In this document: positions 24,653 through 32,648 of the stretch, piece after piece
Layout of the letters: every line of letters begins with the position of its first letter
Position numbering within the stretch: position 1 is the stretch's first letter
Source of the DNA: Acidobacteriota bacterium
Lineage (GTDB): Bacteria; Acidobacteriota; Terriglobia; Terriglobales; SCQP01
Assembly: GCA_021789895.1 (NCBI GenBank)
Contig: JAJYIU010000002.1
Span: 93,805 to 157,804 of the forward strand
Direction: 5' to 3'
Length of the DNA: 64,000 nt
Translations under genes and position numbers: made by a program
The notes under the pieces: model-generated
Databases searched by the model: none
What the model saw: the letters and a program-made list of their open reading frames with translations, nothing else
Told to the model about the DNA's origin: nothing

Positions 24653-26803
24653 ATGTCTTTCCCCAAATTTGGCTGCGGGGCCGTGTTATGGCTGCTGGCG
24701 GTTTCAGCGCCGGCAGCAGCGCCCCGGCAATCCGCCGCCGCCGCCCCGCGCCGGTTGATCGCGGTCGTTCATGCGCAGCGCGCCGCCCGGCCCGTCTCGC
24801 GCTATGAGTACGGCATGTTTATCGAGCATATCGGCACCCTGATCTATCGCAGCCTCTGGGCTGAAATGCTGGACGACCGCAAATTTTATTTCCCCATCGT
24901 GCCGCCTCCGCTCCATCCCCGGCCCGCGCCCGGCGGCTTCTTTCGCCGGATGCGGCTGCGCCGCTGGCGGCCGGTGGGCCCGGGCAATTTTGTCTCCATG
25001 GATCCCGCTCATCCCTTCGTCGGCCGGCATAGCCCGCGTATCCAACTCGACCCCCTCCGGCCGCGTGGCATTCGGCAATCCGGCCTGGCGCTGGTCAAGG
25101 GTCAACGCTACATCGGCCGTATTTATCTGCGCGGCACTTCCGGCGCCCGGGTAAAAGTTGCGCTCATCTGGGGCGCGGGCGCGCATGATCGGCAGACTCT
25201 GGCCATGCCCCGGCTATCCGCCGGCTATCGCAAATTCCCGCTTCACTTCACCGCCCGGGCCGGCACCGGCCGGGGAGTGCTGGCCATCACCGGCTTGGGG
25301 TCGGGCAGCTTTCATGTCGGCACAGTATCCTTGATGCCCGCCAATAATGTGGATGGCTTCCGCCCCGAGGTGATCGCGCGCCTGCGTTCCCTGCACTCCG
25401 GCTTTTGGCGCTTGCCGGGCGGCAACTTCGTCTCCGATTTCAACTGGTACGACTCGGTCGGCAACCGCGACCGCCGCCCGCCCGTTCGGGATTACGCCTG
25501 GAACGCCGTGCAGTCGAACGATGTGGGCCTGGATGAATTTATGACCTTCTGCCGGCTCATCGGCGTCGCGCCCTACATCACCGTCAATGCCGGCTTTGGC
25601 GATGCGCACTCGGCCGCGGCAGAAGTCGAATATCTCAACGGCCCCGCCTCCAGCCGCTTAGGCGCGCTGCGCGCCCGCAATGGACATCCCGCGCCTTATC
25701 ACGTCCAATTTTGGGATATCGGCAACGAGCCCTATGGCCCCTGGGAATTGGGCGTCACCCCGCTGAAGTATTACCTGCTCAAGCACAACCAGTTCGCCCG
25801 CGCCATGCGCCGGGCCGATCCCTCCATCACCTTGCTCGCCTCCGGCGCCATGCCCGACGAGGAAACCATCGAAGGCATCGCCCACGGCCTGCATTTGAAA
25901 AACGATCAGGTCCCCTTCTGCTCCTCCGCCGATTGGACTTGCGGCTTCCTCCAGCATAGCTGGGGCAATTTTGACGGCATTACCGAACACTGGTACGCGC
26001 GCGCCGGGGTGCGCTTCGACTTGCAGCGCGCCATCCAGGGGCTGCGGGTGCATGGCATGGAGGCCGGCTACGTGCCCGCCCGGCAAAGCGTGCTCGAGTG
26101 GGTGCGCGTGCCCTCCGATCGCCTGCATCTGAAAGCCGAGGAATGGCAGCAATATCAGCAGCGCTTCCCCGCCATGCGCCGGAAAAAAATCTTCATGTCG
26201 GTGGATGAATACGCTTATACCGGCGCGCCGCCGAATCTGAAGCTCGCGCTCGCCTACGCCATGGTGTTCAACGAGATGCTGCGCCACACCGGATTCCTCC
26301 GGATGTCGGCCTTCACCATGGGCGTTTCCACCCTGGATTTCAACCGCACCTCTGCGGCGCTGAACTCGACCGGCCTGCTGTTCAAACTCTACGGAGAGCA
26401 TATGGGCGCTGGCATGCTGCCCCTCTCCGTCACCGGCAATTCGCCTCAGCCGACGCCCGCTCAGCGCTATATTGACGGCCTGCCGCGGACCAGTGCCGGC
26501 AGCCCGACCTATCCGCTCGATCTGGTGGCGGCGCTCACCCCAGATCGCAAATTTCTCACCTTGGCCGTCGTCAATGCGACCGCGTCGGTGCAGCCGCTGG
26601 CTTTGAAACTCCAGGGCCTGCGGCTCGCGGGCTCGCCCACGCTCTGGGAAATGACCGGCTCGTCGCTGGCCGCCGCCAACCGCCTCGGGCACCCGCCGCA
26701 AGTCGAAATCCGGCGAAAGCAACTGGCGGGCGCGCCCGCTGCGCTCTCCGTTCCGCCCATCAGCGTGGATATTTACCGCTTTCCCGTGGCGCCCGCTCGC
26801 TAA
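24653..26803 (+). CDS. GH51-like alpha-L-arabinofuranosidase (secreted)
   Basis: AAGGAG Shine-Dalgarno sequence at 24641-24646. Signal peptide MSFPKFGCGAVLWLLAVSAPAAA. GH51-like motifs: YGMFIEH, LPGGNFVSDFNWYDSVGNRDRRPP, FWDIGNEPYGPWELG (acid/base Glu), FMSVDEYAY (nucleophile Glu). Confidence 0.8.
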   Translation: MSFPKFGCGAVLWLLAVSAPAAAPRQSAAAAPRRLIAVVHAQRAARPVSRYEYGMFIEHIGTLIYRSLWAEMLDDRKFYFPIVPPPLHPRPAPGGFFRRMRLRRWRPVGPGNFVSMDPAHPFVGRHSPRIQLDPLRPRGIRQSGLALVKGQRYIGRIYLRGTSGARVKVALIWGAGAHDRQTLAMPRLSAGYRKFPLHFTARAGTGRGVLAITGLGSGSFHVGTVSLMPANNVDGFRPEVIARLRSLHSGFWRLPGGNFVSDFNWYDSVGNRDRRPPVRDYAWNAVQSNDVGLDEFMTFCRLIGVAPYITVNAGFGDAHSAAAEVEYLNGPASSRLGALRARNGHPAPYHVQFWDIGNEPYGPWELGVTPLKYYLLKHNQFARAMRRADPSITLLASGAMPDEETIEGIAHGLHLKNDQVPFCSSADWTCGFLQHSWGNFDGITEHWYARAGVRFDLQRAIQGLRVHGMEAGYVPARQSVLEWVRVPSDRLHLKAEEWQQYQQRFPAMRRKKIFMSVDEYAYTGAPPNLKLALAYAMVFNEMLRHTGFLRMSAFTMGVSTLDFNRTSAALNSTGLLFKLYGEHMGAGMLPLSVTGNSPQPTPAQRYIDGLPRTSAGSPTYPLDLVAALTPDRKFLTLAVVNATASVQPLALKLQGLRLAGSPTLWEMTGSSLAAANRLGHPPQVEIRRKQLAGAPAALSVPPISVDIYRFPVAPAR

Positions 26804-26835
26804 TCCAGCCTTTCTATGACCACCGGAGGGAACCC

Positions 26836-27960
26836 ATGCCAGCCATTCAATTGAGGCTTCAAAATCGGTGCGCCGCACTTTGGGCGCTCGGCGGCGCCGC
26901 GCTCCTGCTCTTCCTGGCCCGGCCCGCGAGCGCGCAGGCGCTCACCCAGGACCCGCCGCTGGTGCCCGGCGCCAGGCCATTGACCGTCCAGCACATCCGG
27001 ATTCCCGGCGCGGCGCTCGCCGGCAATCTGGAAGGCAATGCCGTGGACCGCCCCGCCATCGTCATCCTGCCTCCCGGCTACTCGAAGCATCCGCGCCGCC
27101 GTTATCCCGTCGTGTACGCCCTGCACGGCTACTCCATCGGCGCCGCGCAATGGACGCATGAAATCCGGGTGCCGCAGACGGTGGCGGGCGCTTTCGCCCG
27201 CGGCGCGCGGCCGATGATCGTGGTCCTGCCCGATTCCAAAACGCTCTTTGGCGGTTCGATGTATTCCAGCTCCGTCACCACCGGCGACTTCGAACGCTAT
27301 ATTTTCCATGACGTGGTGGCCTATATGGATGCGCATTATCGCACCATCCCGCGCCGTTGGGCGCGCGGCCTGGTGGGCCATTCCATGGGCGGATATGGCG
27401 CCCTGCGCATTGGCATGCAGCACCCGGAGGTGTTCGCCAGCCTCTATGTCATGAGCGCCTGCTGCCTGTCGCCGATGGGCGCGCGGCCCTCCAATCCCGC
27501 CTTTGCCCAGGCGCAGGCCCGTATGGAAAAGCAGTTGGAATCGCTCAAATCCCCCGCCCAGGCGGCGCACCTTTCCTTCTTCGCCCGCGCCATGCTGGCC
27601 TCCGCCGCGGCCTGGTCGCCCGATCCGCAAAATCCGCCCTTCTTTTTCGATTTGCCGTTCAAAAATGGCCGCCCGCAGCCGGATATCCAGGCCAAATGGG
27701 CCGCCAACGCGCCGCTGGCCTTCCTCGATCAGTACATTGACAACCTGCGGCGCTACCGCGCCATCGCTCTTGATGTCGGCGATCAAGACGGCTTGCGCTT
27801 CGATATGATCCGCCTGCATCGCCTGCTCGACCGCTATCGCATCCGCAATCGCTTTGAGCTCTATCACGGCACCCACACCAGCCATGTCGCCTTTCGCTTT
27901 CAAAACCACGTGCTGCCCTTCTTTAGCCGTCACCTCTGCGCCGCCGCCCCCTGCCGCTAA
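26836..27960 (+). CDS. secreted esterase (esterase D / CE1-like alpha/beta hydrolase)
   Basis: Signal peptide; YPVVYALHGYS; nucleophile elbow GHSMGGYGAL. Confidence 0.8.
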   Translation: MPAIQLRLQNRCAALWALGGAALLLFLARPASAQALTQDPPLVPGARPLTVQHIRIPGAALAGNLEGNAVDRPAIVILPPGYSKHPRRRYPVVYALHGYSIGAAQWTHEIRVPQTVAGAFARGARPMIVVLPDSKTLFGGSMYSSSVTTGDFERYIFHDVVAYMDAHYRTIPRRWARGLVGHSMGGYGALRIGMQHPEVFASLYVMSACCLSPMGARPSNPAFAQAQARMEKQLESLKSPAQAAHLSFFARAMLASAAAWSPDPQNPPFFFDLPFKNGRPQPDIQAKWAANAPLAFLDQYIDNLRRYRAIALDVGDQDGLRFDMIRLHRLLDRYRIRNRFELYHGTHTSHVAFRFQNHVLPFFSRHLCAAAPCR

Positions 27961-28184
27961 CCGCGCGGCAGCTCCGCGGCCATCGCGCCCGGCGTTGCGC
28001 CACTGGCGCTGCCGGCGGTCACCTGTTGGTTGAAAGCTGAATTTCACGATTCCGCGTGGGGCCTTGGGCATGTTTTCCAGTGCATGGCCGGATTGCATCG
28101 GCAAGAGGAACAAAATAGAAGCGATGCGATCCGGCGAACATAGCGGTGCCGGCGAGTATACTTTCGCTTAGCCGGGGCAATAGC

Positions 28185-30668
28185 ATGAAAAGCCTGGTTT
28201 CTGGCGATCCCTTCCGCGCGGCCCCGAAACCCGTCTTTGCCGCCGCCATCCTCTTCGCCGCTCTCCTCACCTCCTTTTGCGGCGGCGGCTCGAGCCCCAC
28301 GCCGCCGCCGGCGATCGCTTCCGTCAGCGTTTCGCCGTCCACCGCCATCGTCGCGACGGGCAACACGGTGGCTTTTACGGCGGCCGTCGCCGGAACGGGA
28401 AGCTATTCCTCCGGCGTCGTCTGGAGCGCCAGTGCCGGCGCCATCAGTGCCGCCGGCGTCTTCACCGCCCCCGCCGCGGCGGGAACGGCAACCATCCATG
28501 CAACTTCGACTGAAGATCCCTCCAAGATGGGAACCGCCATCGTCACCGTGGTCAACCCCTTGACCTTATCCATCTCTGCCGCATCGCCTACGGTGAACGT
28601 GGGCGGCACGGTGGGTTTGACGGCCCAGGTTTCCGGTGGAACGGGGCATGGGATCGTCGAATGGAGCCTGGGCAGTGCGTCGGATGGCAGCATCTCGCCG
28701 CTGAGCGGTTGGGCTGCGACCTTATCTATCCCCGCTTCCCTGGCTCCCTTCACCCCGGTGACGGTCATCGCGACCGCCAGCGATCCCTCCGGCTCTGCCG
28801 GCGCCAGCACGACGCTGCTGGCCGAGCCTGCCGTGGGCGCCGGCCCTGCCGTATCCGTGGTCGTCACGACCGATGATCGCAGGAATTTGATGTCGTCCGC
28901 GGCCGCGGCCGGCTTCTCCGTCGCGCCGGCCGCCGGCAAGGTCGTGATCGTGGATGAAACCCAAACTTACCAGCCGATCGAAGGCTTCGGCGCGGCGTTC
29001 ACCGACTCGGCCGCATATCTGCTCCATGAAGTGGCGCAGCCGGCGCAGCTCGCAAGCGCGATGCGCGCTCTGTTCACCCGCAACGGCGGCGGAATTGGCT
29101 TGAGTTTCATGCGCAATCCGATCGGCGCGTCCGACCTGGCGCGTTCGGTCTATTCCTTCGACGATAACGGCGCCATCAATGGCGTGGGCGGCGCCCCCGA
29201 TCTCTCCCTCGCCAATTTTTCCATCGCCCACGATCGTGCCGACATCATTCCCATCATCCAGCAGGCGCGGAGCCTCAATCCGCAGCTTAAGATCATGGCC
29301 AATCCCTGGAGCCCGCCGGCGTGGATGAAAAACCCGCCCGCCGGCCAAACCGTTCCCACCATGGACGGCGGCTCGCTCAACCCGGGCATGGCCGCGCCCT
29401 TCGCCAATTATTTCGTGAAGTACATTCAGGCCTACGCCGCCGCCGGCATTCCGATCGCCTATATCACCCTGCAGAATGAGCCGCTCTACGATACTGCGTC
29501 CAGCTCCGCGCCCTATCCGGGCATGCTTTTGGATGCAGCCACTGCGGCCTCCGTGCTCAATCAATATCTGCTGCCCGCTTTTTCCGCGCAGAATATCCAC
29601 GCCAAAGTGCTGGTTTACGACCATAACTGGGATCAGCCGTCATACCCGGAATCGGTCCTTGCCGCCACGCCGTCCCAAAACCTGGGCTGGATCGCGGGCG
29701 TGGCCTGGCATGGTTATGGCGGACCGCCGGGCGCGATGACCACCCTGTTCAACCTCTATCCTTCCTTGGGCGAATACGAAACCGAACATTCCGGCGGCGC
29801 CTGGGTCGCGGATCAGGTGAAATCCGACTTCGAGGAAATCATCCAGGTGATGCGCAATTACGGCAGCAGCTACGTCAAATGGAGCCTCGCCCTCGACCAG
29901 AATCTGGGGCCGCACACCGGCGGCTGCGCAACCTGCACGCCGCTGGTCACCGTCAACAGCTCGACCGGCGGCATTGCCTATGATGTCGAGTTCTACACCC
30001 TCGGCCAGTTCAGCAAATATGTGCTGCCCGGCGCGTTGCGCATCTATTCGAGCGATGCGGAAGGCATCGTGAGCGCGGCTTTCCTCAATCCCGATCGCTC
30101 CAAAGCCCTGGTGGTTTTCAACGACTCCGCCGCGGCCCAAACCTTCCGCGTGCAGTGGGGCGGCGAGTCCTTCGCCTATGCCCTGCCGTCGCTTGCAGCC
30201 GCCACCTTCACCTGGAGCGGAACGCCAATCTCCAGTTCCCCGCCTTATACCGTCAGCGCGGTTTCGCAGATTCAGGCCTCCAGCTATAGCTCGCTTTCCG
30301 GCCTGCAGACCGAGACCGCAGCCGGCGGGGAGGGCGGCTACGATCTCGGCTACGCCGGCGCGGGCAGTTGGGCCGTTTACAAATATGTGGATTTTGCTTC
30401 GGGGGTCGGCGGCGTTAGCGCGCGCCTGGCCTGCGATGGCTCGAATGGCGGCCATTGCGGTGGCACGCTGGAATTCCACCTCGACAGCGCCGCCGGCCCG
30501 CTGATCGCCGCGCTCGCGATTCCATCTACCGGCGGCTGGCAAAACTGGCAGACCGTCTCCGCCGCCGCCGCCGGCGCCAGCGGCGTGCATGATCTCTATG
30601 TGGTCTTCCAGCCGCCCGCTTCGGGAACGGATGCGCTGGGCAACTTGAAATGGTTCCAGTTCCGTTGA
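28185..30668 (+). CDS. GH30-family glycoside hydrolase with N-terminal Ig-like (Big_2) repeats and C-terminal CBM6; probable lipoprotein
   Basis: MKSLV...LLTSFCGGGSS is lipobox-like. Two or three Big_2-like repeats (VSVSPSTAIVATGNTVAFTAAV...). GH30 core (QPIEGFGAAFTDSAAYLL, MANPWSPPAWMK, ITLQNEP, ETEHSGG). CBM6-like tail (IQASSYSSLSGLQTE ... WAVYKYVDF ... GGWQNWQTVS ... LKWFQF). Confidence 0.85.
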   Translation: MKSLVSGDPFRAAPKPVFAAAILFAALLTSFCGGGSSPTPPPAIASVSVSPSTAIVATGNTVAFTAAVAGTGSYSSGVVWSASAGAISAAGVFTAPAAAGTATIHATSTEDPSKMGTAIVTVVNPLTLSISAASPTVNVGGTVGLTAQVSGGTGHGIVEWSLGSASDGSISPLSGWAATLSIPASLAPFTPVTVIATASDPSGSAGASTTLLAEPAVGAGPAVSVVVTTDDRRNLMSSAAAAGFSVAPAAGKVVIVDETQTYQPIEGFGAAFTDSAAYLLHEVAQPAQLASAMRALFTRNGGGIGLSFMRNPIGASDLARSVYSFDDNGAINGVGGAPDLSLANFSIAHDRADIIPIIQQARSLNPQLKIMANPWSPPAWMKNPPAGQTVPTMDGGSLNPGMAAPFANYFVKYIQAYAAAGIPIAYITLQNEPLYDTASSSAPYPGMLLDAATAASVLNQYLLPAFSAQNIHAKVLVYDHNWDQPSYPESVLAATPSQNLGWIAGVAWHGYGGPPGAMTTLFNLYPSLGEYETEHSGGAWVADQVKSDFEEIIQVMRNYGSSYVKWSLALDQNLGPHTGGCATCTPLVTVNSSTGGIAYDVEFYTLGQFSKYVLPGALRIYSSDAEGIVSAAFLNPDRSKALVVFNDSAAAQTFRVQWGGESFAYALPSLAAATFTWSGTPISSSPPYTVSAVSQIQASSYSSLSGLQTETAAGGEGGYDLGYAGAGSWAVYKYVDFASGVGGVSARLACDGSNGGHCGGTLEFHLDSAAGPLIAALAIPSTGGWQNWQTVSAAAAGASGVHDLYVVFQPPASGTDALGNLKWFQFR

Positions 30669-30678
30669 GACGCCGCGT

Positions 30679-31026
30679 TCAGGCCGGCGCGCCGGGTGGA
30701 GGCATGTACTTGATCACTTCCACTTCCGAACTGGCGATCAGCCCTTCCCCCACCGCCTGATCCAGAAACGGAAGTAATTTTTGAATTTTTTCTTCCGCAT
30801 CCACGATGCTGACCATCACCGGCAAATCGCGGGAGAACGACAGCAGGTGCGCACGGTGGATCAGCGTGCTCGCCCCATAACCGGCTATCCCGCGTAACAC
30901 CGTCGCCCCGGCCATGTCCAGTTCCCGGCATTTCTCCACGATCGCCTGGTACAACGGCTTGCCGTTCCATTGGTCGTCTTCCCCGAAATAGATCCGCAGC
31001 ATCCGGGCCTTGCCGGCGAGTTTCAT
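30679..31026 (-). CDS. DUF190 (UPF0166, PII-like fold) protein, single domain
   Basis: LRIYFGEDDQWNGKPLYQAIVEKCRELDMAGATVLRGIAGYG ... LPVMVSIVDAEEKIQKLLPFL. The ATGA overlap with the upstream gene is at 31023-31026. Confidence 0.85.
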   Translation of the reverse strand: MKLAGKARMLRIYFGEDDQWNGKPLYQAIVEKCRELDMAGATVLRGIAGYGASTLIHRAHLLSFSRDLPVMVSIVDAEEKIQKLLPFLDQAVGEGLIASSEVEVIKYMPPPGAPA

Positions 31027-31757
31027 GCGCGCGCCTCCTGCCCGGGTTCGCCGCTGCCCGAACGGTGGGCGTACTTGATCACCTCCACCTCCGAAAGGAC
31101 CACCAGCCCTTGCTGCATCATCTGGTCCAGGATGGGGAAATAAGCCTGCAGTTTCTCCTCCGTCTCCACCACCGCAAGCATGATCGGGTGGTCATGCGCG
31201 AGGTGCAGGGCGGAATCCTTGTGCATCCGGCGGTGGGCGCCGTAGCCGAGAATCCCCTGATAGACCGTCACTCCCGCAATATCGTTGGCCCGCATGCTTT
31301 CGATCAGCGCTTTGTGCAACGGCTGTCCGCGCCACTTGTCGTTCTCTCCGAGGAAGATCTGCATCAGCTTCGCCTGGCTTTGCCGCTTGAACGGCGGCAG
31401 GCCGGCTTCCGCCCGCTTTCCCTTCTCTTCTTCCGCCGGCTTGGCCACCTGCGTGTCCTGGATTTCAATCAGCCCGGTCCCCGCGAGCTCGCGCAGCTTG
31501 GGCAAGACTTCCTCGACCTTATCCGCCGTCTCGATGAACTCGATCTTCATCGGCAGATCGGTGGTCAGCGCCTCGATGCGCGTGGAATGCAGATGGTGGT
31601 CCGCCCCAAATCCCGCAACGCCCCGCGTGACCATGGCGCCGGAGATGCCGTGGTAGAAGAGATAATTCAAAATCGCCGAATACAGCGATTGGCCGTGGTA
31701 TTTATGCGTTTCCCCGACATAAATACTCACCTTCTTAGCCGGCCCCGGTTTCAACAT
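31023..31757 (-). CDS. tandem DUF190 protein (two DUF190 domains)
   Basis: Two repeats of the DUF190 pattern (VSIYVGETHKYHGQSLYSAIL...VTRGVAGFG...; MQIFLGENDKWRGQPLHKALI...VYQGILGYG...) joined by a charged linker. Confidence 0.85.
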   Translation of the reverse strand: MLKPGPAKKVSIYVGETHKYHGQSLYSAILNYLFYHGISGAMVTRGVAGFGADHHLHSTRIEALTTDLPMKIEFIETADKVEEVLPKLRELAGTGLIEIQDTQVAKPAEEEKGKRAEAGLPPFKRQSQAKLMQIFLGENDKWRGQPLHKALIESMRANDIAGVTVYQGILGYGAHRRMHKDSALHLAHDHPIMLAVVETEEKLQAYFPILDQMMQQGLVVLSEVEVIKYAHRSGSGEPGQEARA

Positions 31758-31886
31758 CGCCCTTCCTGCCTTTCCCTCCTCAACCGTTCGATCCCGCCCT
31801 GCTGCCAGCCGTTGCCGCCGGCATGCCGGCGCGCGCGAGCGCTCGGGCTTGGCTTTCGCATTCGCGGCATGCCTTCGCCGCCCGGC

Positions 31887-32264
31887 TCATGCCAGACTCC
31901 TTCCCGTGATCACCCCGGCCCAGACCGCCGCCAGTCCGGCGCCGACGCTGAATACGATATTCAGCGCCGCGATCAGGAATTCTCCATCTTCAAATACGCG
32001 AAAAGTCTCGTAAGTAAACGATGAGAAGGTGCTGTACCCGCCCAAAAAACCAATCACCAGCAGGTATCCCCAGAACGGGTCGAAATGCGCCCGCTCGGCC
32101 AGGAGGGTCATGATCAAGCCGATCAGAAAGGAGGCGCTAACGTTGATTGCTAATGTGCCGTAGGGAAAACGGATTCCCCACCGCTCGCCCACCTGGCCGG
32201 CCGCCCAGAATCGCAGCATCGAGCCTGCGGCGCCGCCGAGTGCGATGATCAGGTACTTGGTCAT
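31887..32264 (-). CDS. crcB: fluoride ion channel CrcB/FluC
   Basis: 125 aa with 4 TM helices. Motifs: GGAAGSMLRF, FPYGTLAINVSASFLIG, GFLGGYSTFSSF. Start at the ATG at 32264 (MTKYLII). Preceded by a fluoride riboswitch. Confidence 0.9.
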   Translation of the reverse strand: MTKYLIIALGGAAGSMLRFWAAGQVGERWGIRFPYGTLAINVSASFLIGLIMTLLAERAHFDPFWGYLLVIGFLGGYSTFSSFTYETFRVFEDGEFLIAALNIVFSVGAGLAAVWAGVITGRSLA

Positions 32265-32417
32265 ACCCTCCGCTCGTTGTCCTCTCCGCTTGCAGGCCCT
32301 ATCCCGCCGCTCCCGGCTCATGCGGAACGCGGAGCCTCAGCCGCAGCGGCTCAATTTGACCTTCGAGGGTTCGTGCGGACGGGGGGAGAGCTGATGATTC
32401 CACCAAGGCAAAAACCC

Positions 32418-32472
32418 TCGTAGGAGTCATCTGCCCCGGAATGGGGCGGTTAGGGGTGAACTCCAACACCCG
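32418..32472 (-). promoter_or_regulatory. fluoride riboswitch (crcB RNA motif) aptamer
   Basis: Minus-strand RNA GGUGUUGGAGUUCACCCCUAACCGCCCCAUUCCGGGGCAGAUGACUCCUAC. Elements: P1 GGUG/CACC; pseudoknot GGAG/CUCC; conserved AACCGCC; P3 CCCC-AUUCC-GGGG; GAUGACUCCUAC. It matches the B. cereus crcB aptamer from memory (GGCGAUGGUGUUCGCCAUAAACGCUGCUUAGCUAAUGACUCCUAC). Confidence 0.85.
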
Positions 32473-32648
32473 TGAACAATTTCATTATTTTCTCGCCCCC
32501 GCCTTAAAGTCAATGGATCGCAGCTCGCTTACCGCCTCGCTCCTTGATTCGTGCAGGACCGTGAGGTTGAGCCTGCGTTCAAAGGCATCGAAATCGCAGT
32601 CGCGATGCCGCGGCAAGTGCACTGCTTGCAGGCAAAGGGTTGCGAAGC

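Noticed and set aside
25658-28113. Long minus-strand ORFs 25658..26878 (406 aa) and 26800..28113 (437 aa).
   Set aside because: They are antisense to the GH51 and esterase genes and have Gly/Arg/Ala/His-rich low-complexity sequences.
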